DNA from: Phycisphaerales bacterium
GTDB taxonomy: Bacteria; Planctomycetota; Phycisphaerae; WQYP01
NCBI GenBank assembly: GCA_027451365.1
Contig: DAIDJN010000066.1
Location: 1-28,880, forward strand
DNA: 28,880 bases
Direction of reading: 5' to 3'
This document shows, one piece after another, positions 18,421 to 27,358 of this stretch. The position numbers and the translations under genes were made by a program. Each line of letters starts with the position of its first letter. Position 1 is the first letter of the stretch. The notes beneath the pieces were generated by a model. That model saw only the letters and a list, made by a program, of their open reading frames with translations. It did no database searches and had not been told where the DNA came from.

Positions 18421-20238
18421 TCAATGCGGCACGGCCGCAGTGAAGGGTGCCACATGATGGACCGGAAGCAGTTCAAAAAGCGTCTGAACGGCATGACCGT
18501 CGTTGACGCGATCAAGAATCCGCCAATGCCGGTGGGCCAAAGCGGCAATCTGATCAAGCCGGACCCGTTCCGACTTCCCATCGAAAGTCAGCAGGAAAAT
18601 GGCCCGATTATTCTCCCCGGCGATTTGAGCCAGCCGTTCAATGGAAATTCCAGGCATAATCTGATTGGCGTAATACAGCACCCCGAGCCATGGTTCGTCA
18701 TTGGTAAGCGTATAGATTTTATGACCATGGGCCAAAGAGACCATCTGTTCGGTGGCCTGCCGATAGCGACTGACCTGATAGCCGCGTCCATTCATGTACG
18801 CAGCATAGCAACCGATGGTAAATATCCAGCCGGCAACTGCATAAGCGATAAAGGCCTGGTCGAAACGACGGCTGAATTCCCAACGCCAGACCTGCAATCC
18901 CAGGATAATCAAGATTACCGCGATGGCCCCCCAACCGACCGGGCTTAACACCGTCAATGCAGGTTTAAGCAATGCCACACCTTGCATAAGGGTCCAATGT
19001 GAGTCCTGATAGACAGGGGCGTGGTGCGATGCCATGATGACAGGAATGCCCACCAGAATACCCAATCCCAATCCGACAAAAATAATTGATTGTGCAGCCA
19101 GCAGCACCCGCGCCGCAGGTTCCAGCAATAGATCACGTTTCAGGCGGGCGAATTCCTGCCAGACGGTTGCGACCAGCAGCGCTGCGAATGGAAATTGCTG
19201 AAGTGCGTAGCGCTGCTTTTTCTGGTGCGGAATAGTAAGGAGCAGCAGCCCCAAAACCAGAATAATCCAGAACAGCCAGCGACTGCGGCGTTCTGAATCG
19301 GTCGGTGGCGGGTCAGACCGGGTAGGCAGGAATGGCAGCGCCAGGCCGCCAATTAAGGCGGGTGTCCAGGGAAATACCCAACCGAGCATGGCCAGGTAAT
19401 ACCAGTCGGTCTGTTTGTATTGCGGACCGCGTGCCGCGGCGTAGCGGGCAAATTGCCGCCACCAGATCGCCCAGGCACTTCCGCCATATTGTGCGTGGTA
19501 CCGGGCCGCAACAAAAAACAGCCACGGCGAAAAGACCATGATTGAAACCACCAGAGCAATAAGGATGGCCAGCCACGCCCGTGGATTTCGCAGGTGATAG
19601 CGCAGAAGCCAAAGACCATACGGAATAAGCACGTACATGGGCGGAACTGGCCCCTTGCTTAAAACCGATAGTCCAAGAGCCGCACCACCGAGTCCGGCTG
19701 AAAGCCACCAGAATCGGCGGCATTCGGCAGCCATAAGCAATCCAAGAAAGCCCAGAGTTGTGAATGCCGTGGCGTAAATATCATAGGAAGCCAAGCGCGA
19801 TTGGCGCACGAATACCAACATGCCGGCCAGCACCAATGCCGCAAAAAGGCCCAGGCGGCGATCGCGCGATGTCACACAGCCGATGGCATAAGTGGCCCAG
19901 CAGGTGAACACACCAAGAATAACAGAAGGCAGCCTCACCACCCATAAACTATCGGTATGAAACAGCACCGCCAGACCGGCGGGAATCCAAACCGGCAACG
20001 GCGGCTTGACCATCCGTGGATAGCCGCCCAAAGTAGGCAAAAGCCAATGTCCGTCGCGAAAGGCTTCGCGCACGGGCAGAAGATTAAAAAGCTCCATCAT
20101 GGCGGTGGAGTCGCCTGTGCCCAGGAAAATTAAATACAGCGGAAGGGCAAACAGGGCAATGACCGCCAGGGCACGGCGATGAGTAATGGTCCAGTCGCTC
20201 GAGGCTGGCAATGGCGGAAGTTTAATATCGTCGGTCAT
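18421..20238 (-). CDS. ArnT/PMT-like integral membrane glycosyltransferase (GT-C; GT83/GT39-like)
   Basis: G.WLLPTL.G.PR.VKPPL..W, VRLPS, R.ASYD, LSKGP, YYL....W.FPW, KKQRY.L..FP and many TM helices. ATG lies 6 bp after the GT2 stop. Confidence 0.85.
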   Translation of the reverse strand: MTDDIKLPPLPASSDWTITHRRALAVIALFALPLYLIFLGTGDSTAMMELFNLLPVREAFRDGHWLLPTLGGYPRMVKPPLPVWIPAGLAVLFHTDSLWVVRLPSVILGVFTCWATYAIGCVTSRDRRLGLFAALVLAGMLVFVRQSRLASYDIYATAFTTLGFLGLLMAAECRRFWWLSAGLGGAALGLSVLSKGPVPPMYVLIPYGLWLLRYHLRNPRAWLAILIALVVSIMVFSPWLFFVAARYHAQYGGSAWAIWWRQFARYAAARGPQYKQTDWYYLAMLGWVFPWTPALIGGLALPFLPTRSDPPPTDSERRSRWLFWIILVLGLLLLTIPHQKKQRYALQQFPFAALLVATVWQEFARLKRDLLLEPAARVLLAAQSIIFVGLGLGILVGIPVIMASHHAPVYQDSHWTLMQGVALLKPALTVLSPVGWGAIAVILIILGLQVWRWEFSRRFDQAFIAYAVAGWIFTIGCYAAYMNGRGYQVSRYRQATEQMVSLAHGHKIYTLTNDEPWLGVLYYANQIMPGISIERLAQIAGENNRAIFLLTFDGKSERVRLDQIAALAHRHWRILDRVNDGHAVQTLFELLPVHHVAPFTAAVPH

Positions 20239-20243
20239 TGCTT

Positions 20244-21371
20244 TTACGCCCCGTTTCGTGGTTGGGCGGCGGCTTCCGGGCGGCTTTCCGGCGGTGCCGA
20301 CATATCGCCCGGGCGGGGCTGCGGGCGACCTGGGCGGCCGCGCCATGTTTGTTCCCCGTGACGGATTTCGCGCACGGTATAGACCGCCTTGTGCTGGGCT
20401 TCAAAATAGACACGGGAAATTAATTCCGCCAACAGTCCGGTGGAAAAAAAGACGAGCGCCATCATAAACAGCAGCGCCCCTAAAATAAGGAGCGGACCAT
20501 GCGCGAGCAGCACCGATTGACCGCGAATTTTCTCAACAATCAGAAAGCAGCCGATGAAAAATGCCAAGCCAAGCTGAATCAGACCAATTTTACCAAACAG
20601 ATGCAGCGGCCGCGTCAGGTAGCTGTTTAGAAATTTGATCGTAATCAGGTCCAGCATGACGCGAAAGGTGCGACCAATGCCATAATTCGACGGGCGATAA
20701 GGTGCCTGGATATTTTTAATTGGCACTTCGGTAATCGTTGCGCCGATCATGGCGGCCAAAGCGGGAATAAAGCGGTGCGAGTCGCCATACAGGTTCAAAT
20801 GTTCTATCACGCCGCGCCGATAGGCTTTAAAGGTGGTGCCAAAATCATGAATTTCAACGCCGGAAATTTTGCGAATCAGCCAGTTGGCGGTGGAACTCGG
20901 TATGCGGCGCAGAAAAAGACCGTCGACGCGGCGCTGCCGCCAGCCGGAAACAACATCAAATCCTTCGTTTATTTTGGCAATGAAATTCGGAATTTCGTCC
21001 GGATCGTGCTGCAGGTCGCCATCCATGGCCAAAATAATTTCGCCGCGGGCATGGTCAAACCCGGCCGCGAGTGCGGGGGTCTGACCGAAATTACGTCGCA
21101 ACTGAATTACCAGCACATGCGGGTCGTTGATCGCGATTTCCGCAAGCCGCTGCCAGGTGGAATCCTTACTGCCATCGTCAATGTAAATTATTTCATAGGG
21201 CTTCCCGAGGGGTGCCAGGTTGCGGGTCAGACCCGCGTGGAGTTCCGTGATGGAATCCTGTTCATTGAACATTGGCACGACCATGGAATAAAACGGCTCA
21301 ACGGTGACGCTGCGCCAGTCCGCACGGTCTGTGATGTTCCCGAAAAGCTGATTGCCTGAGGCATTCTGCAT
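20244..21371 (-). CDS. GT2 polyprenol-phosphate glycosyltransferase (ArnC/DPM1/GtrB-like)
   Basis: SMVVPMFNE, IDDGSKD, LRRNFGQTPAL.AG, DxD motif MDGDLQHDP, DVVSGWR, HRFIP, and two C-terminal TM helices. Confidence 0.93.
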   Translation of the reverse strand: MQNASGNQLFGNITDRADWRSVTVEPFYSMVVPMFNEQDSITELHAGLTRNLAPLGKPYEIIYIDDGSKDSTWQRLAEIAINDPHVLVIQLRRNFGQTPALAAGFDHARGEIILAMDGDLQHDPDEIPNFIAKINEGFDVVSGWRQRRVDGLFLRRIPSSTANWLIRKISGVEIHDFGTTFKAYRRGVIEHLNLYGDSHRFIPALAAMIGATITEVPIKNIQAPYRPSNYGIGRTFRVMLDLITIKFLNSYLTRPLHLFGKIGLIQLGLAFFIGCFLIVEKIRGQSVLLAHGPLLILGALLFMMALVFFSTGLLAELISRVYFEAQHKAVYTVREIRHGEQTWRGRPGRPQPRPGDMSAPPESRPEAAAQPRNGA

Positions 21372-21714
21372 GAATTCTCCGTATGCCGACCTGCGGATTA
21401 CCGCGAACCAGCCAAGCCGACAAATAAGATACCGGCTTTTTGTTTTTTTTTCTCCCCTGCCGGGCTAAATGGGGAGATTCATATGGCATGGCATTTTACG
21501 CAGCCTGAAAATGGCGTGTGGTGGGGCAATTGGAAGCGTACAAACGGGCGCGAAATTCTCCGGCGGAGGTGGAACTTTTGATAACCCGCGGAGAGTGATT
21601 TTCAGGCGAAGCAGTCAAATTCTGGGAGACTGATTTTAATGGGCGTTTGTGAAAGCGAGCGTTGCTGCAGGCTTTTGCTAATGCGCCGCAAAAACGATGG
21701 CGTATTCCAGGGGT

Positions 21715-21860
21715 CGAGGCCATCCCCGCCTTAAGAGCGGCGTGGAAAAGTCAGGATGCCCGCTGGGAATGGCTGTGGGCCAACCGCCCCGCCTGCATTT
21801 TAACAAAGACAGTAAAAAATGCGGCATAAACTGTCACAGGCCCTGACAGGGATTACCTCA
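21715..21860. mobile_element. MITE-like/IS remnant, 146 bp, with imperfect terminal inverted repeats and a possible 4-bp target duplication
   Basis: Right end tgacagggattacctca (21844-21860) matches 125-141 at 16/17. Left end cgaggccatccccgcc (21715-21730) matches the reverse complement of the right end at 11/16. gggt flanks both sides (21711-21714 and 21861-21864). Confidence 0.5.
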
Positions 21861-21872
21861 GGGTCCGCGAAA

Positions 21873-24404
21873 TCACTTGCCGTTTGCTGGTGCGACGATA
21901 TCCACCACGGGGGCGTCCGACTTGGTCCAAGCTTCAGCGCCGGTGTGGCCAAACTGATGGCTGCCGTCGTCCCAATTCAAACGCGTGATCGAACACTTCC
22001 CGCTTTCGTAGGCGTAGGTTTCCCCATCATCGTTGTAAAGGGTGAACTCGGCATCGGCTCCCGGATAAACGCGCACCGAGGCTATTTTCTGAGGCTGATC
22101 GGCATCCAAGACCGGACCGCCCAGAGGGATAATGGAACCCGCGCGAACAAATAGAGGGATGGTGTCGATTGGGGCGGCCACCGTGACGATTTGTCCTCCC
22201 CGCAGTTTCTCATTCGTCCAGAAGTTATACCAATCGCATCCCGCTGGCAAATAGACTTGTCGTTTGGTCTGGCCTTGTTGTGTCACCGGCGCGACCAAAA
22301 AGGCCGATCCGAACATATACTGACTCGAAATGTTAACGACATTCGGGTCGTGCGGAAAATCCATCCACAGCGCGCGCATGAACGGAGATCCTGTCAGGTA
22401 GGTTCGGTATGCGAGCGAATAGATATAGGGGAGCAGCTGGTAGCGGAAACGCAAAAATTTTTCGAGAATCGGAGTCGCCTGCTTGCCAAAGGACCAAACT
22501 TCATTATTTTTCCTCTCGCCATGCGCCCGCATCACTGGTTGAAACACACCCCATTGAAACCACCGCACAAACAATTCCGGATAATCCGAATAAGCACCGA
22601 CAGTAGACTCGGCACCGTCCGGGCTGACCAGCGGTTTATGGAACGGCCGATAATCGGCGTGAATGGGCCGACGGGCGTATCCGCCGATGTCTGTGCACCA
22701 GTAAGGCATGCCACTGGCGGTAAAATTCAAGCCGGTAGTGATGGACCGCCGCAGCATGTCCCACGTGTCCATGATGTCGCTGGACCAGAAGATGGTGCCG
22801 TGGCGCTGCGTGCCGAGGTAGGCGGCGCGAGCCAGAATCAAGACCCTGCGACTGTCCCCAAAGTCCCTACGGAATCCATCATAGACGGCTGCGGTTTCAA
22901 ACAAAGGATACACGTTGTAGTAGCGGTTGCCCGCACCTACGAAGTAAAAGTCGTTCTCGGGGTCAATATCCGGCTCCGTTTCGTCAAGCCAGATGTAACT
23001 GATACCGTCCTTCTGAATATAGTTGTCTCGGATGACACTCCAAAACCATTTGGCCGCGTCCGGATTTGTCACGTCGATATCGGGGCCAAACTGATTGCCC
23101 CACCATGACTGATCAGGCGAGCCATCGGCCTTCTGCAAAAACCAGCCTTTCCGCTTTAGCATGTTGTAGTACTTCGAATCTGTAGCGACGTGGGGCCACA
23201 CGCTGATCATCGTCTTGATGCCCATTTTATCAAGCTGGCGGTTCAAGGCCGCCGGATGCGGCCACCGCGCGGGGTCCAGATCCATGTTGCCCTCAATGCG
23301 GAAGTTCAGGAAGTCAATCACTAAAATATCCAGCGGAAGATGACGGTCGCGGTATCCCTTGGCCACTTCCATTAATTGATTCTGAGTTGGATAGATGCAT
23401 TTGCTTTGAATGTAGCCATAGGCCTCCTTGGGCAGAAGGTGGGTAACCCCAGTCAGGTGGCGATATCCCTCGTATATATCATCGGCCTTGTCACCGGCAA
23501 TTACGAAGAACGAAATACTGTCCCCAACCTCCGATTCCCACTGGTTATTTCCGTTGAGCCCCAGGTCAATGGTGGTCTTGGAGGGATTATCCCAGATGAA
23601 TCCATAGCCTCGGCTGGAAACCATGAACGGCACCCCGACGCTCTCGCCACCCATCGCCTCGTAATTATCCCAGCATTTGATTCGGCGATCGCGCAGATCG
23701 AGTGGCCCAGCTTGATGCTCTCCGAGACCGTAGTAGTTCTCGTCCGATGGAGAATCAAAAGTCGCGGAAATTTTATAGCCCGGATCCAGATTCTTATGCG
23801 CTTCCGTGATGTTGTTCCCCGAATACGGATTGTTTTTATACATTGACCACTGCCACAGCCGCAGTAGAGTCTTCCCATCCGGTGTCTCTATGGAAACGAT
23901 GTCATCCCGAAGGCTGTTGTTTATCCAAGGCTTGCCGGGCGGCCAATATTTGTCTATGAGCCCCTGATAGATTGGAGTCCGCGGCATGAGAGTGGGCCCC
24001 GGGGGCGAGCCGTGCGAGACTCGAACCACCAAACCGGATGAACGAATTACATCAAACCCGTCAGAGGCTTGCACAGCCTTCCAGCCCTTCCCGGATGGTT
24101 TGCCGATTAAGCCATAACCCGGCTTGGCCAAGGATGCAGCCCTGGCAAAACTAAGGGTGACCCGGACGATTGTGGCGGAGTACGGCTCCACCACGATGGT
24201 TGCGTTGCCACGCTTTAATACAAATCGCCCGTCTGCATGTTGCACGCCAGCTTCGTCGCCCTGGATCGCGGCATTGGTTCCCTGAGCAAAATCACGGGGC
24301 GCAACCGCATAAACGGACGAAGCAACCATCGCCAGCAATGCCGTGCGACGTGTGACTAAATTTGCTGGCTGGGCAAGCGCGTTTTTTTCTTTGCCAATTT
24401 CCAT
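21873..24404 (-). CDS. GH31 glycoside hydrolase (alpha-xylosidase/alpha-glucosidase type), Tat-exported
   Basis: Twin-arginine leader TRRTALL; YYGLG, nucleophile motif WLDETEP, acid/base WSSDI, WCTDIGG, ELFVRWFQWG.F.P..R.HG, QYMFG..FLVAPV, IPLFVRAGSIIP, LYNDDGETYAYE. Confidence 0.93.
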   Translation of the reverse strand: MEIGKEKNALAQPANLVTRRTALLAMVASSVYAVAPRDFAQGTNAAIQGDEAGVQHADGRFVLKRGNATIVVEPYSATIVRVTLSFARAASLAKPGYGLIGKPSGKGWKAVQASDGFDVIRSSGLVVRVSHGSPPGPTLMPRTPIYQGLIDKYWPPGKPWINNSLRDDIVSIETPDGKTLLRLWQWSMYKNNPYSGNNITEAHKNLDPGYKISATFDSPSDENYYGLGEHQAGPLDLRDRRIKCWDNYEAMGGESVGVPFMVSSRGYGFIWDNPSKTTIDLGLNGNNQWESEVGDSISFFVIAGDKADDIYEGYRHLTGVTHLLPKEAYGYIQSKCIYPTQNQLMEVAKGYRDRHLPLDILVIDFLNFRIEGNMDLDPARWPHPAALNRQLDKMGIKTMISVWPHVATDSKYYNMLKRKGWFLQKADGSPDQSWWGNQFGPDIDVTNPDAAKWFWSVIRDNYIQKDGISYIWLDETEPDIDPENDFYFVGAGNRYYNVYPLFETAAVYDGFRRDFGDSRRVLILARAAYLGTQRHGTIFWSSDIMDTWDMLRRSITTGLNFTASGMPYWCTDIGGYARRPIHADYRPFHKPLVSPDGAESTVGAYSDYPELFVRWFQWGVFQPVMRAHGERKNNEVWSFGKQATPILEKFLRFRYQLLPYIYSLAYRTYLTGSPFMRALWMDFPHDPNVVNISSQYMFGSAFLVAPVTQQGQTKRQVYLPAGCDWYNFWTNEKLRGGQIVTVAAPIDTIPLFVRAGSIIPLGGPVLDADQPQKIASVRVYPGADAEFTLYNDDGETYAYESGKCSITRLNWDDGSHQFGHTGAEAWTKSDAPVVDIVAPANGK

Positions 24405-24752
24405 TTTTGTATCCTTTCCAAGATCATCAGGAACTGTTCAAGCCTTTCGGCTAAACATCATAACCGCGTTTATAACTAACATTCCTATTCAGCAGTGCGT
24501 CCGAGAAGAAAGCCAGATTGAACCGCTCGCGATTCGGCGGTTTTGGTTTTCATATTTATTCGAACGCTTTTATCCCTGGGGCTTTCTGTAACACATCGAT
24601 TTATTTGGACATTCGATCCGTTTTGCTCCGTACAATTTACACCGATCTCAAGATTCTAGCGTCTTGCCATGTTCCTGCTTCTGTGCGATAGTGGACGTGG
24701 CAACAAATCCCGTACATGCTGGCCTTATCAGTAAAATCCAACGTCCAGCATT
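24385..24752. repeat. Copy 1 of a ~370-bp diverged direct repeat (upstream region, RBS and first codons of the GH31 gene)
   Basis: Colinear with 26859-27229. Identical blocks include atcctttccaagatcatcaggaac (24411-24434 = 26885-26908), gaaccgctcgcgat, ttctgtaacac, cgatttatttgga, gtcttgccatgttcctgc (24661-24678 = 27138-27155) and caacgtccagcatt. Confidence 0.92.
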
Positions 24753-25015
24753 CGAAACCGGCATTTGCAAACCACGACCGCGATTGCTGGACCTAAGCGG
24801 GCTCCGCGAAACATCATTATGGCATCCCTGAGCCGGCAGACTGCTTCCACGATTCTGATTGAAGCAAAGCATGTGCTCCCCAAACACACCCGGCCGGTGA
24901 TAGCGCTAACCAATCATCTCACGATAAACTCCATTCAGTTCATGGGAATAGATGGCTTTACTGACACACCTGATTAATACCGCAGATTGCGAGGGTGCGG
25001 CAGGTAACAGTCAGA

Positions 25016-26878
25016 TCAGCCAATGTAATTCTTCAGCGTCTGCCGCATTGCTGATGCGGGTTTTTGGCCGTAGACACGGCCGCCAAGCTGATTGACGATA
25101 TGAGCGATTTCGCTGCCCGCTTTACCATTGAGCCATATCGTTGTCAGATGATGTAGTTTGACTCCGGGGGATCGCGGAACCTCAATGGCACTTTCGCATT
25201 TAATGGGCGCATTGGGGAAATAGCAATAAACTCCCAATCCCCATGCTTCGTGCGTTTTAACCGAATCCGCCACTTTGTAGGATGCATAACCATCGGTCGT
25301 ACCGGCCATCCATGCCGCCTGATTGGGCGGATCGTATGGCAATTCTGATTGATACATATATACACGTCCACCATTTCCGTTCCATAGCGTCTGATATTGC
25401 TCGTGATGCTCATTGAACAATCCGTAGCACGTCACATCGTCACCGTTTACCACCAGCCCGTGCCGGGTTGGATTTCTTCGCCAGCCGACGCCGTTGCCAT
25501 GATCCGCCCGCCATATCCAGATATTATCCGTCACAACATGGCTGCTGTTAATGCCAATACCCAACTCGTTGCGACCCGCCGCCGGCCCGGCCGTGCGCAC
25601 CGTTATATCGTAAAGAAAGGTCGGGTTGGCGGAATGATCGGCCGAACTGCCGGCCGGTCCCACCTCCAACAGGCACCGCGAATTCCTTTCGCCTGCGTCA
25701 ATAATAAGTCCGGCTATGGTCGCGCCGTCAACATCGGCCACTGAAACAGCGGGCTGATCCGTCATGGCCTTGAGCGACGGCACCCCCAATCCAAGGAGAA
25801 TCGTATCCGGTTGCGACACATGGATCGCTTTATCCAGGTGGTACGTGCCGGGTGTAAATAGAATATGTTTGCCACGATTCAGTGCCGCATTCAGGCTCGC
25901 GGAAGAGTCTTTCGCGGGGTGGGCGATATGAAAGCGGCTTATGGGTATCCATTTTGCCGGTGTAGAACCACGGTCCCAAGACGGCCCGAGTGTATCATGC
26001 TGCAGGGTTGGAGCGAACACCCCAAAATTCCCCGACGCATCAACGGCTAAATAGGGCTTTTCACGAATCACGGGTGTCTGATTGACAACTGTATACGCCG
26101 GATTGGGGAACGTGTTCCCCGGAGCATTTTGACACCCTACAAAGACCATGTTCCACACGGCGTTGCTCCACACAGACCACTTGCTGTTGCGAGAAAGCCA
26201 TTGCTGCTGTGATGCCGGGAGAACTTTGCCGTCGACAACAGAATCAGCCAGAAAGCCGCCGCTGGCATAGCCAGCTCCGCAATTGCATGATTTCCACACG
26301 TCAAATAAGTACAGATCTCCCTTCACGTGCAGACGGCGTATTGGAGCGGCCTGTGAAACCGCGATGCGCGTTATGCCGCCCGTGGCTGATGGTCGCACGG
26401 CCAGGTTTCCGATGGATCGCCAGAAGTTGTCCAGCGCGGCCCCACCGCTCCACCGCGCATTAACATTGACGCCGCCGTTAACATGAACATCATCAGGATT
26501 CTGACCTAACCCTGCGACTTCGGTGTAAAAGCCCATGTTTAAGTTAACCTGGTAATGGCCTGGCTTGAAAAGAAATGCGTACCCTTGGGAGGCAAACTGA
26601 TTCGACTCCATCTTCCGGAAAATATCATCTGCAATGTGATTGATTCCGTCGGCCGCCATTTGAGGATCAAATACATATACATTTTCCCCAAACACTGTCT
26701 TGTTGGCCTGGGAGATCGACGCCCCGCCCCCATTGGTCGGCTTTGTCGCCGCATCCGCTTCGGAAGCCATTGAAGACGCTATCGCTGAAGAAGCTATCGT
26801 TGCTGCGACCACACCCTTGATAAAATCTCGCCGCCTCGGCATCGATTGACTCTTCTTGTTTTCTCCGCTAATTTCCAT
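25016..26878 (-). CDS. GH55-like (bacterial/Streptomyces-type) beta-1,3-glucanase, Tat-exported
   Basis: Tat leader RRRDFIKG; FGENVYVFDP, FKPG.Y....GFYT.VAGLG..PDDV, NFWRS..NL, VSQAAP.RR, SQQQW.SRNS, WIWRADHG, GLF.EH, YQSELPYDPP, YKVADSV.THEAWGLGVY. Confidence 0.8.
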   Translation of the reverse strand: MEISGENKKSQSMPRRRDFIKGVVAATIASSAIASSMASEADAATKPTNGGGASISQANKTVFGENVYVFDPQMAADGINHIADDIFRKMESNQFASQGYAFLFKPGHYQVNLNMGFYTEVAGLGQNPDDVHVNGGVNVNARWSGGAALDNFWRSIGNLAVRPSATGGITRIAVSQAAPIRRLHVKGDLYLFDVWKSCNCGAGYASGGFLADSVVDGKVLPASQQQWLSRNSKWSVWSNAVWNMVFVGCQNAPGNTFPNPAYTVVNQTPVIREKPYLAVDASGNFGVFAPTLQHDTLGPSWDRGSTPAKWIPISRFHIAHPAKDSSASLNAALNRGKHILFTPGTYHLDKAIHVSQPDTILLGLGVPSLKAMTDQPAVSVADVDGATIAGLIIDAGERNSRCLLEVGPAGSSADHSANPTFLYDITVRTAGPAAGRNELGIGINSSHVVTDNIWIWRADHGNGVGWRRNPTRHGLVVNGDDVTCYGLFNEHHEQYQTLWNGNGGRVYMYQSELPYDPPNQAAWMAGTTDGYASYKVADSVKTHEAWGLGVYCYFPNAPIKCESAIEVPRSPGVKLHHLTTIWLNGKAGSEIAHIVNQLGGRVYGQKPASAMRQTLKNYIG

Positions 26879-27229
26879 TTGGGCATCCTTTCCAAGATCA
26901 TCAGGAACAGTTCAACGCGTTTCGACCTGGCATAATTGTAGCGACGCTAACTAAAATCCCATTTTGGCGGACTGCGGCCGAAAGGAAAGCCTGATAGAAC
27001 CGCTCGCGATCCGGAGGTTTTGGCTTTCATTGTTATTCGCACATTTTTATCCATGGGGCGTTCTGTAACACAACGATTTATTTGGATATTCAATCAGGTT
27101 TTCTCCGGACAAATGACGCCGATCTGAAAATTCATGTGTCTTGCCATGTTCCTGCCTTTATGCCATGGAGGAGGCGGCAACAAGTCCCGTACAAGCTGGC
27201 CTCATCAGTAAAACCCAACGTCCAGCATT
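26859..27229. repeat. Copy 2 of the ~370-bp diverged direct repeat (upstream region, RBS and first codons of the GH55-like gene)
   Basis: See copy 1. Both genes start MEI..E and have the same GGAAAGGAT RBS at the same distance from the ATG. Confidence 0.92.
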
Positions 27230-27358
27230 GATTTGCGGAATGATAGCTGCTTATAAGTAAAAGCGACGACATTCTGAAGAAGGCACTACTTTGTATCTCT
27301 TGGATACCGCTTTTCATGACTTTTTTACCTTAGTGAAATCCGAGCCTCCCACAAATTC

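Noticed and set aside
24648..24977. Short ORFs in and next to repeat copy 1 (and 27132-27317 in copy 2)
   Set aside because: Starts and stops are not shared between the two repeat copies and no domain is recognisable, so the repeat was treated as non-coding.
26985..27040. Minus-strand caaaacctccgg resembling c-di-GMP-I riboswitch P2
   Set aside because: There is no preceding P1 with a GAAA tetraloop and no tetraloop receptor, and copy 1 differs at this motif.
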